64,000 nt of DNA from an uncultured Spirochaetota bacterium. Its GTDB lineage: Bacteria; Spirochaetota; B62-G9; DRHN01. Of the stretch, positions 56,529 through 64,000 are shown in pieces. The translations under genes and the position numbers were made by a program. Each line of letters starts with the position of its first letter. Positions within the stretch are counted from its first letter, which is position 1. The stretch lies in assembly GCA_964433545.1 (NCBI GenBank), contig CAYSRJ010000014.1, forward strand, positions 10,611 through 74,610. Reading direction: 5' to 3'. The notes below the pieces were generated by a model. The model made no database searches. It saw only the letters and a program-made list of their open reading frames with translations, and was not told the DNA's origin.

Positions 56529-56588
56529 TTGACAATATGTTTTTAAAAAATTAAAATGACGATTAAACGTAATCCTTTACGTTAATCG
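56529..56588 (+). promoter_or_regulatory. promoter TTGACA-17-TAAAAT followed by a 29-bp near-perfect palindrome (CGATTAAACGTAA-tcc-TTTACGTTAATCG), candidate LacI-family operator
   Basis: The palindrome overlaps the predicted +1, upstream of the sugar SBP gene and divergent from the LacI gene. Two AAACGTTT palindromes also lie at 56341-56365. Confidence 0.4.
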
Positions 56589-56609
56589 ATTAAGTCATAG
56601 GAGGAAGTT

Positions 56610-57962
56610 ATGAGGCAAAAGATCTTACTGTTTTTTTGTGTATTTGTTATTCTGATGTTCAGTATGGGTATACTCTATGCGGGGAGCAATAAGAAAGCTG
56701 AAAAATCCTCATCGGGTAAACCATATGAAGGTGTAACTTTACATCTTCTTATGGAGGATGTGCCTGATACCACGTCAATCGAACCCCTGCTGCCTGAATT
56801 CGAGGCTCAAACAGGCATTAAAGTCGTTTTTGAAAAGGTTGTGTATACGGTTATGCACGATAAACTGGTACCGCAGCTCATGGCCGGTGAAGAAGGTGGA
56901 TCTTATGATGTTCTCGAGTGTGACAACTACTGGGTAGGTGAGTTTGTTATGGCGGGATGGCTACGACAGATCGACGGCTATTTAAATAAGACGCCTGAAG
57001 TTGATTTAAATAATTACCTGGAATCTGTTGTCGAAATGTTTACGGTAGGTGATAAAAAATATTTTGTCCCGATGTGGACATACCCAATGGGGATCGTGTA
57101 TCGGACGGATATCGTCAATGATCCGAAATTCCAGTCTTTTTATGAAAAGGAAACAGGCAAGTCCTGGGAATTTCCGCCAAAAGACCTGTTTGAATATGCA
57201 GAAATGGCAAAAGTTGCAGAAAAGTATACCCCGGACGATATATACGGTGTTGCTATGCAGGGAGCAAAGATAGATCCTCTTGTAATGGAGATTACAAACT
57301 ATCTTTTTGCATTGGGCGGCGATTACTACAATAGAAATACCTGGAAAGCAACTTTTGACAGCCCGGAAGGCAAAGATGCACTTCTAGTCTATAAGGACCT
57401 TCTCAACAATGCTGCCCAGCCAGGGGCAAGTGGTGCAAATTTTGATGATGCATTCAATGTCTTCGGTCAAGGAAAGGCAGTCTTTGCAATTACGTACAAC
57501 TTTCTTATGTCCTGGTTGCTTGATGAAAACAACAGCGTAGTGTATGATAAAGTAGATTTTATACCGCTGCCCGGTGGCGGGCTACTTGGAGGTTGGGCGT
57601 GGGCTGTCCCTGTATCCTCACCGAATCCTGACGCTGCCTGGGAGTTCATCAAATGGGTTGAGACAAAAAAAGTCCAGAAGGCACGGGCAATGGACGGTGG
57701 TATGCCAACAGCCAAATGGATTTATGATGATCCTGAATTCCTCGAAAAATACAAGTATCAAAAGAGGGCGAAGGATATTCTTTTAACATCAAAACCGGTG
57801 CCAATTATATCACAGTCGACCCGGATGGTTGAGATCATTGGTGAGGCTTCTTCAAGTGCAATAATCGGTGATATTTCTATCGAAGAGGCATTGAAACAGG
57901 CTAATAAGAAACTGAATGAGATCGTTGTTGATGATCCTCTTGTTGAGATGCAGAAAAAGTAA
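56610..57962 (+). CDS. sugar ABC transporter substrate-binding protein (family 1, CUT1)
   Basis: Signal peptide. SBP_bac_1 fold. RBS AGGAGG. Confidence 0.75.
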   Translation: MRQKILLFFCVFVILMFSMGILYAGSNKKAEKSSSGKPYEGVTLHLLMEDVPDTTSIEPLLPEFEAQTGIKVVFEKVVYTVMHDKLVPQLMAGEEGGSYDVLECDNYWVGEFVMAGWLRQIDGYLNKTPEVDLNNYLESVVEMFTVGDKKYFVPMWTYPMGIVYRTDIVNDPKFQSFYEKETGKSWEFPPKDLFEYAEMAKVAEKYTPDDIYGVAMQGAKIDPLVMEITNYLFALGGDYYNRNTWKATFDSPEGKDALLVYKDLLNNAAQPGASGANFDDAFNVFGQGKAVFAITYNFLMSWLLDENNSVVYDKVDFIPLPGGGLLGGWAWAVPVSSPNPDAAWEFIKWVETKKVQKARAMDGGMPTAKWIYDDPEFLEKYKYQKRAKDILLTSKPVPIISQSTRMVEIIGEASSSAIIGDISIEEALKQANKKLNEIVVDDPLVEMQKK

Positions 57963-58040
57963 CGTGGTAAGATAAACTGTGGGCGTCTTATTTTTCAACA
58001 CGATGAGACGCCCGCATAAAATAAAAAAAATGTATGCCAG

Positions 58041-58067
58041 CTTCTAAGTAACTTCGGGCAAGTTACT
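58041..58067. repeat. REP/MITE-like element copy, reverse orientation (CTTCTA-AGTAACTT-cgggc-AAGTTACT)
   Basis: 8-bp stem. CTTCTA is the reverse complement of the TAGAAG tail. Confidence 0.6.
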
Positions 58068-58147
58068 GTTTGGTACTCGGTTCCGCCAGGGATACATCCT
58101 GTCAAGGACGTACAAAGCTTTTAATTACATCGGTGGATTTATATTCA

Positions 58148-59032
58148 ATGAGAAATAAAACTGTTTTACAGAGGGTTTTTCAATTCAAATACACCATGAT
58201 TTACCCTACGATTTTCATCCTGCTTCTGGTTATAGTGGCTCCGCTTGTATACTCCTTTTATATAAGCCTCCATAAATACATCCTACAGTTTGGTATCGGG
58301 AAATGGGTCTATTTGAAGAACTACTTGAATGCATTTCAAGATAGGGAATTCCTTATATCAATGAAGAACACATTTATTCTAACTTTTTCAGTTGTTACAC
58401 TTGAGTTCCTCATTGCTCTCGGAACAGCTTTACTTCTGAATCGTGATGATCTGAAAGGGAAAACTTTTTACACTATAATTCTTATGATTCCTGTTATGAT
58501 GCCTCCGATTGCAGTCGGCTTGATATGGAGACTTCTCCTTCAACCCGACCTTGGAATTGTCAACTACGTACTTGGCCTTTTTGGAGCCAAAAGCTATGGT
58601 TGGTACGGCGATCCCAAGCTTGCCATGCTTACGGTAATCAGCGTTGACGTGTGGCATGAAACATCTCTGATATTGATAATTATTCTTGCGGGATTGACTA
58701 GCCTCGATAAAACCCCCTATGAGGCAGCAAGGGTGGACGGTGCTTCAGGTTTCCAGACGTTTTTTTATATAACACTTCCGATGCTTGCGCCGGTTCTTAT
58801 GGTTGCAATTTTGATCCGGATGATAGCCGCCATTAAAACGTATGACTTAATATATATACTGACTCGAGGCGGACCTGGTTTCAGAACGGAAACGATGAGC
58901 TTCTTTGTGTATAAAAAAGCATTCAGGGAATTAAGTATGGGAGATGCGTCTTCTCAATCTTTTATTCTTTTAATCATTATTTTAATTTTCAGTATCGTCC
59001 TATTGAAAGTAATGAATCGGCAGGAAACATAA
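58148..59032 (+). CDS. sugar ABC transporter permease (MalF/UgpA-like)
   Basis: BPD_transp_1 with an EAA-like loop (YEAARVDGASGFQTFFYITLP). Confidence 0.75.
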   Translation: MRNKTVLQRVFQFKYTMIYPTIFILLLVIVAPLVYSFYISLHKYILQFGIGKWVYLKNYLNAFQDREFLISMKNTFILTFSVVTLEFLIALGTALLLNRDDLKGKTFYTIILMIPVMMPPIAVGLIWRLLLQPDLGIVNYVLGLFGAKSYGWYGDPKLAMLTVISVDVWHETSLILIIILAGLTSLDKTPYEAARVDGASGFQTFFYITLPMLAPVLMVAILIRMIAAIKTYDLIYILTRGGPGFRTETMSFFVYKKAFRELSMGDASSQSFILLIIILIFSIVLLKVMNRQET

Positions 59033-59097
59033 TTTGATAAGAAAACCCCTGTTGAAATGACAAAAACCGGCCGGGAGGAGTTGAGAGGATAGTTCTT

Positions 59098-59931
59098 ATG
59101 ATAAATTACAGACTGAAAAAGAAGGTATCGTTATCTCTGGTACATCTGATACTCATCATTGAATGTCTGATAGTAATCCTGCCTATTCTGTGGATTTTCC
59201 GAACCTCTCTCGTGCATCGCGTTTTGGCATATCGTATTCCACCGAAGTGGATTTTTATTCCAACATTAGAAAACTACAGTGTTATCTTTAAAGAAGAGCC
59301 ATTCAAGCTATTTTTTGCAAACAGCATCATTGTGGCTGTGTCATCAACGCTGATCTGTCTGGCAGTCGGCGCTCCTGCTGCTTTTAGCTATTCCAGATTT
59401 AAAACTGGGGGCAACGCACTGGTTATAGGAATACTGTCAACACAGATGCTCCCTCCGATTACTCTGGTTATTCCGTTTTTTCTCGTATATAAAACAATTG
59501 GACTATACAACACAAGGATAGGCCTTATAATTACATATATCACATTCAATATACCATTTATTATCTGGATATTAATTGGGTTCTTTCAGGGTGTTCCAAA
59601 AGAATTAGAAGAAAGCGCTATGGTTGATGGCTGCAACAGGTTTACAGCTTTTATTCGTATTATACTGCCGATTTCCCTTCCCGGCATTCTCTCCGCTGGT
59701 GTGTTCAGCTTTGTTCTATCGTGGAATGAATTCCTCTTTGCTCTGATACTAACCGGTAAAAAAAGCAAAACACTTCCTGTCGCGGTATCAGGTTTGATAA
59801 CCCAACAGGGTACCCAGATCGGCGCTGTATGTGCGGCAGTTATATTAATAATTCTTCCCATGGTGATACTCTATTTCGGTCTTAGAACCTTTCTTATAAA
59901 GGGTCTTGTTGCCGGAGCAGTGAAAGAATAG
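59098..59931 (+). CDS. sugar ABC transporter permease (MalG/UgpE-like)
   Basis: EAA-like loop (EESAMVDGCNRFTAFIRIILP). Confidence 0.8.
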   Translation: MINYRLKKKVSLSLVHLILIIECLIVILPILWIFRTSLVHRVLAYRIPPKWIFIPTLENYSVIFKEEPFKLFFANSIIVAVSSTLICLAVGAPAAFSYSRFKTGGNALVIGILSTQMLPPITLVIPFFLVYKTIGLYNTRIGLIITYITFNIPFIIWILIGFFQGVPKELEESAMVDGCNRFTAFIRIILPISLPGILSAGVFSFVLSWNEFLFALILTGKKSKTLPVAVSGLITQQGTQIGAVCAAVILIILPMVILYFGLRTFLIKGLVAGAVKE

Positions 59932-59999
59932 GCGATGAGTAGATAATTATTTATGTACCGTTTTAAAGATGGTACAATCTTATTACAAGGAGTGAAATA

Positions 60000-61424
60000 A
60001 TGATAAAAGGATTTCGTGAAAGACTGATTGGTCAGCGAGAGAAACTCAAGGTAACGGAAAAAGAGCTGCTTGAAAGGATAGAGTCCTCTCCTTTTGGAGA
60101 TAAATCGAAAGAACTTGCTCGAAAATGGGCGCAGTACGAATCGTTTGGGGGAGTCGGTTGGGGAATTTTTGATGTTACACCGATAATTGAACGGGCCCAG
60201 GGAGCATATTTATACGATGCCGACGGAAAAAAGTATCTTGATTTGCTTGCAGGTTTTGCGGTGAATGCGCTTGGGGAGTGCAATAAAGAAATAACCAAAA
60301 TCATACAGGAACAGGCTTCAAAACTGACACATTTCTTTGACTTTCCTCATGTTGAACGAATAAAGCTTGCAGAGAAATTATCGAAACATTCGAAGATCAA
60401 AGGGAAAACAAGAGTGATGTTCGGGGTAACCGGAAGTGACGGTATAGAGCTTGCGGTGAGGGCGGCCCGATACTTTACAGGAAACCCGTATATTTTGACG
60501 GCGTACGGCGACTATCACGGTGTAACATATGGGACCATGGGATTGACCGGCAAAGGAAACATGCAGCCCTTTTTCTACCCGGTCTTGCCGGATAAGGCAA
60601 TAGGATATTTCCAATTTCCCCATGAGTATAGAAGCGAGCCCGGACATGCAATGGACTGTATAAGGGATTTTGAGAAACTGCTTGACAGCAAGGAATCACC
60701 GTACACGGATGGTGCCAACGGGATATGCAACGTCGCTGCAATATTGGTGAGCCCGTTTCAGAGCAGTGCGGGGTACTACATACCACCTGTTGAATATCTG
60801 CAGGAATTACGGCGTATCGCGGATAAATTCGGGATGCTTCTGATAGTTGATGAGATACAGACCGGCCTCGGGAGAAGCGGGAAACTGTGGGCCTTCGAGC
60901 ACTCGGGTATAGAACCTGATATGATCGTAACATCAAAGGCCTTGGGAGGAGGGCTTCCGATATCCGCGGTCATTGCACGGGATGAGATACTAACGGAGTG
61001 GGGACCTGGCGCGCATGTATCGACGCAGGCAGGTAACGTGCTGGCATGTGCAGCAGGGAACTACGTGCTCGATGTGGTGACAGGCGATGAGTTTTTAAAA
61101 AAGGTAAACGAGATCGGATCATATTTTGTTGAGGGCCTCAAGGGACTCCAGAAGAAGCACACAATTTTAGGATGGATAGACAATAAGGGGATATATACCG
61201 GGCTGGAGCTTGTTCGTGACAGGAAAACGAAGGAACCAGCCTCAAAAGAAGCGACATATATCAGGGACCGGTGTGTCGCAGAGGGGCTGTTGTACGAGAA
61301 GGGTGGCTATTATCACAACCGAATGCAGCTTATACCTCCGTTGAATATAACCAGAGATGAAATAGACCGCGTGATTGAGATATTCGACAGGGTATTCGGG
61401 GAAGCTGAGAAAAAATTCGAGTAA
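60000..61424 (+). CDS. class III PLP-dependent aminotransferase (substrate unknown)
   Basis: VDEIQTGLGRSGKLWAFEH and TSKALGGGLPISAV (PLP-Lys) motifs. 474 aa with an N-terminal extension. Confidence 0.75.
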   Translation: MIKGFRERLIGQREKLKVTEKELLERIESSPFGDKSKELARKWAQYESFGGVGWGIFDVTPIIERAQGAYLYDADGKKYLDLLAGFAVNALGECNKEITKIIQEQASKLTHFFDFPHVERIKLAEKLSKHSKIKGKTRVMFGVTGSDGIELAVRAARYFTGNPYILTAYGDYHGVTYGTMGLTGKGNMQPFFYPVLPDKAIGYFQFPHEYRSEPGHAMDCIRDFEKLLDSKESPYTDGANGICNVAAILVSPFQSSAGYYIPPVEYLQELRRIADKFGMLLIVDEIQTGLGRSGKLWAFEHSGIEPDMIVTSKALGGGLPISAVIARDEILTEWGPGAHVSTQAGNVLACAAGNYVLDVVTGDEFLKKVNEIGSYFVEGLKGLQKKHTILGWIDNKGIYTGLELVRDRKTKEPASKEATYIRDRCVAEGLLYEKGGYYHNRMQLIPPLNITRDEIDRVIEIFDRVFGEAEKKFE

Positions 61425-61534
61425 GAAACGGTATTTGTGCGTGCTGCGTCCGGATAACGCCGTCGGGCTCCACTTCCATATCGTGGAAAACCAACCGCTC
61501 ACCGTTGGCGGCATGTTTGTATTGCAAGATTATT

Positions 61535-62530
61535 TCAGACCGGGTTTTTAAGATAATCGAGCTGGACTTGTTCCAGCAGTTTGTTCGCCTCGTCTTTGCT
61601 GAAACGGCCGGCTCCGGAGATCAGTGTATTCGCCCCGCCCATGGCACAGGCGAGACGGGCTGTATCCTCGTCGCTGAGATTTCTGATTATGCCGATCACT
61701 CCGCCTGCAACAGCGCAGTCACCTGATCCGACTGTGTTTATCGGATGCTTGATTACAAGTCTGGCCTCTAGAATGCCGTTTCCGCAGGAATAAACTATGC
61801 CATCCTTTCCCCTTGAAATCATCACCCGCTCAGTACCCATGTTGTGAAAGGTTTCAACCGCTTTAATAAAATCCGTGTTCGACGACGGTAAAAACCCGAG
61901 CGCATCTCCAACCTCCCGCATATTCGGCTTGATAAGGAGAGGAGCTGCTCGGACCCCTTCCCTGAAGGCTTCACCCGACGCGTCAAGTATAGAGGGGCAC
62001 TTCCACTCCGTAACTGTCTCTATGAGCTCTCTGTACGTATGTTGTGAAAGGCCCGTCGGCAATCCGCCTGCGAATATGAAAAGGACGGGGAGGCGGGATA
62101 CGATCTTTTCATGCAATCCGGCAGCAAATTCATTGATCGATTTATCCTTCAACTCCTGGAGCTTTCCTGCAAATTCCAAAAGAACGCTGTTATGTACGGA
62201 GAGGCCCTTTTCCCGCAGATGGGTTTCTCTGCCGGTCTCAGGTGAGACAACAGTAATATTGGTGCGAACGGGTCCCCGGGTTATAAAAAAAGCATGCTCG
62301 ATTCCATCGGCATCAAGAAGTCTACGGTAGGTATCTTTTCCCTCGTCTCCGAGAATACCTGTTGCAGTTGTGCGGATAGAAAAATTGAGCAGTGCCCGGG
62401 ATACGTTTACGCCTTTGCCGCCGGCGTACGTTTCAGACTGTGACGCAAGAAAAGTTTTTCCGATACTGAAATTGCGAATCCATAGTGTCTTATCGAACAC
62501 AGGGCTAAGAGTTACAGTAATAACCTGCAT
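61535..62530 (-). CDS. PfkB-family carbohydrate kinase (1-phosphofructokinase/tagatose-6-phosphate kinase-like)
   Basis: GGKGVNVSRAL N-terminal motif and C-terminal GSGDCAVAGG anion-hole motif. Start chosen at MQVITVT; the ORF-track N-terminal extension is Arg/Cys-rich and unlikely. Confidence 0.65.
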   Translation of the reverse strand: MQVITVTLSPVFDKTLWIRNFSIGKTFLASQSETYAGGKGVNVSRALLNFSIRTTATGILGDEGKDTYRRLLDADGIEHAFFITRGPVRTNITVVSPETGRETHLREKGLSVHNSVLLEFAGKLQELKDKSINEFAAGLHEKIVSRLPVLFIFAGGLPTGLSQHTYRELIETVTEWKCPSILDASGEAFREGVRAAPLLIKPNMREVGDALGFLPSSNTDFIKAVETFHNMGTERVMISRGKDGIVYSCGNGILEARLVIKHPINTVGSGDCAVAGGVIGIIRNLSDEDTARLACAMGGANTLISGAGRFSKDEANKLLEQVQLDYLKNPV

Positions 62531-62702
62531 ATCGCTGATTTCTTCAGTTCCAACCATAACATGTCCAATTGCATGCTCAATACGGTTGATTTTTTTTCTG
62601 TATCCGATTACTATTAATGCCGTCGGTGAGCGGCATTCGCACCGGCGGCGTTTAGTCGGCCGCAAGTCGGTTGAGTATTCAGATTACGAGGAGGCGGCAG
62701 TG

Positions 62703-63110
62703 CTCATTGGAATAATATACTCCACTGAAAAAAAAGTCATTGAAAAACTGGTTCAGGGGTTGAAAAGAGGGCTCGAAGAACAGGGGCATCGTGTGCAGGT
62801 CTATTCTGATAGCGATGAGAGGTTTTCAGGACTTGCCGGCTGCAGGCATCTGTTTGTTGGTTCGTTTTCGACCGGGGGCTTCAAACCAAAAACACCGATG
62901 CGACTCAGGGAAATGCTCAGTAATACTGGCGGAATCTCAGGTAAACGGTCGATAGCCTTCCTTGCAAAGGGAGGGATGAGTGAAAGAAAAGCCCTGGCTG
63001 CGCTGATGAATGACATGGAAAAACAGGGCTGTTATATCATCGACCAGGAGATTTTTTCCTCTCAACAGCACGCGTATAATTTTGGAAAGTCTGTTAATCT
63101 GAAAGAATAG
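62703..63110 (+). CDS. hypothetical protein (possible flavodoxin-like fold)
   Basis: GTG start 5 nt after GAGGAGG. 135 aa. Alternating beta-alpha pattern (VLIGIIYSTEKKVIEKLVQGL...). No recognizable cofactor motif. Confidence 0.3.
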   Translation, partial: LIGIIYSTEKKVIEKLVQGLKRGLEEQGHRVQVYSDSDERFSGLAGCRHLFVGSFSTGGFKPKTPMRLREMLSNTGGISGKRSIAFLAKGGMSERKALAALMNDMEKQGCYIIDQEIFSSQQHAYNFGKSVNLKE

Positions 63111-63117
63111 CGACGAT

Positions 63118-63924
63118 TTATATATTTTCGGCCTTCTTGCTCATGAGGATGGCTATCGGCTTCATTGTCTCTATGTTCATAAGCACTATTTTCATGATTG
63201 CTGTAATCGGTATCGCTATGAAGGCTCCAACAATACCCCACACGTAACTCCAGAAAAACAGTGACACGATTATCAGGATAGGCGAAAGGTTGAAGCGGTT
63301 GCCCATCATTTCAGGGTCAAGATAACTCCCCATGAAAACCTGAATGACTATCAGTGAAATAGCTGCAATGAGTGGGATATAGGAATGGGGAAACTGAAAC
63401 AGGGAGAGAATAATCGGAAATACTACTGCGGCAAGTGATCCGATATACGGTATGTAGTTGAGCATGAATGCAAGAAACCCCCATAAAACCGCAAACTTGA
63501 TGCCCAGAAGCCAGCATGCAATTCCGGTAAGAAAGCCAGTTCCCATACTGATCAGTGTTTTTATAAAGATGTAGTTAATTATTTGAAAGTTGATATTACG
63601 GAGGACCTTGAATATTTCGCTCACCCGCTTTTTTCTGAAGGCCTTCTTTATGAGACGGGGGTAGTTGTGATAGGTCAGGTAAATGAATATGAGAAAGACC
63701 AATGTGAGAAGAGACTTGCCTGCAAAAGAGAGGGAAAAACTGAAAGCCGACTGTAGAAACTCCGTAACCCTGGTGCTTCGCAAAATGCTCGTTAGGTTTG
63801 TCGTATCGATTTTAACGTACGTTGTTAAAAATCGGCCGAAGTTGGTTATGATCTGGCTCTCTATTGTCGGCCAAAAGACGATAAACTCCTTCGCGTTCTT
63901 TACGAGGATCTGCGCAACGAACAT
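63118..63924 (-). CDS. AI-2E family transporter (PerM/YhhT-like, UPF0118); possibly N-terminally incomplete
   Basis: Polytopic membrane protein with AI-2E-like C-terminal helices. A hydrophobic stretch continues upstream of the ATG with no alternative start before a TAA at 63982-63984. Confidence 0.55.
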   Translation of the reverse strand: MFVAQILVKNAKEFIVFWPTIESQIITNFGRFLTTYVKIDTTNLTSILRSTRVTEFLQSAFSFSLSFAGKSLLTLVFLIFIYLTYHNYPRLIKKAFRKKRVSEIFKVLRNINFQIINYIFIKTLISMGTGFLTGIACWLLGIKFAVLWGFLAFMLNYIPYIGSLAAVVFPIILSLFQFPHSYIPLIAAISLIVIQVFMGSYLDPEMMGNRFNLSPILIIVSLFFWSYVWGIVGAFIAIPITAIMKIVLMNIETMKPIAILMSKKAENI

Positions 63925-64000
63925 GCCGATGAGAGATATAATCGCGAGGAGTATAAAGAGGGAGAATATCCTGGGAATTTTTATTTTTGCAAAAAATTCG

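Noticed and set aside
61535-62665. N-terminal 45-residue extension of the PfkB kinase (MRPTKRRRCECRSP...) and the opposite-strand ORF 62370-62702
   Set aside because: The extension is Arg/Cys-rich with no homology to kinases. The conserved kinase N-terminus starts at MQVITVT. The opposite-strand ORF is antisense to the kinase and only its 3' part (from GTG 62703 after GAGGAGG) looks like a real gene.
1-64000. CRISPR arrays, tRNA/rRNA genes, transposases, integrases, phage genes, toxin-antitoxin pairs or defence systems
   Set aside because: No regularly spaced direct repeats, no GTTCGAATCC-type tRNA T-arm signatures, and none of the long ORFs resemble mobile-element or defence proteins. The window reads as ordinary chromosomal metabolic and transport DNA. 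The only mobile-like features are small REP/MITE-like repeats.

Overview
This 64 kb window is a chromosomal, mostly metabolic and transport region of a bacterium. Lipoprotein lipoboxes and strong AGGAGG-type RBSs are present, and several genes use TTG or GTG starts. No rRNA, tRNA, CRISPR, transposase or integrase is visible.

Gene content from left to right:
- A 5'-truncated xanthine-dehydrogenase-family molybdopterin subunit, an L-2-haloacid dehalogenase, an aldehyde dehydrogenase and a GNAT acetyltransferase.
- A putative 2-aminoethylphosphonate locus: a PhnX-like HAD phosphonatase, a DeoR regulator, a PotD/PhnSTUV-type ABC transporter in SBP-ATPase-permease-permease order, glpK, an AGXT/PhnW-like class V aminotransferase and an MFS transporter.
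- A LacI-regulated CUT2 sugar ABC system followed by a FucI/AraA-family isomerase and a PMI-like cupin protein.
- An Lrp/AsnC regulator, then an OYE-like FMN/4Fe-4S oxidoreductase preceded in frame by an orphan LuxR HTH fragment.
- A serine/glycine one-carbon cluster: gcvR, an unusual 1100 aa in-frame SHMT-GcvT fusion with an unassigned ~200 aa middle region, a DUF1015 protein, serA, gcvH, gcvPA and gcvPB.
- An HDAC-family protein and a YbaK-type deacylase.
- A six-gene same-strand operon of secreted or envelope proteins (FecR-domain, PQQ beta-propeller, CarboxypepD_reg lipoprotein, an 899 aa PEGA/TolB_N/TPR protein, a TolB-like propeller lipoprotein, a TPR protein). This is a candidate uncharacterized envelope module.
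- A Dpp/Opp-type peptide ABC operon, murJ, a second LacI-regulated CUT1 sugar ABC locus with a class III aminotransferase, a convergent PfkB kinase, a small hypothetical protein and an AI-2E-family transporter.

A dispersed family of small palindromic repeats, AGTAACTT-N4-6-AAGTTACT followed by TAGAAG and sometimes a GTCCCCGGGGAC box, occurs at at least six intergenic or gene-end sites. One copy supplies the stop codon of the DeoR gene.
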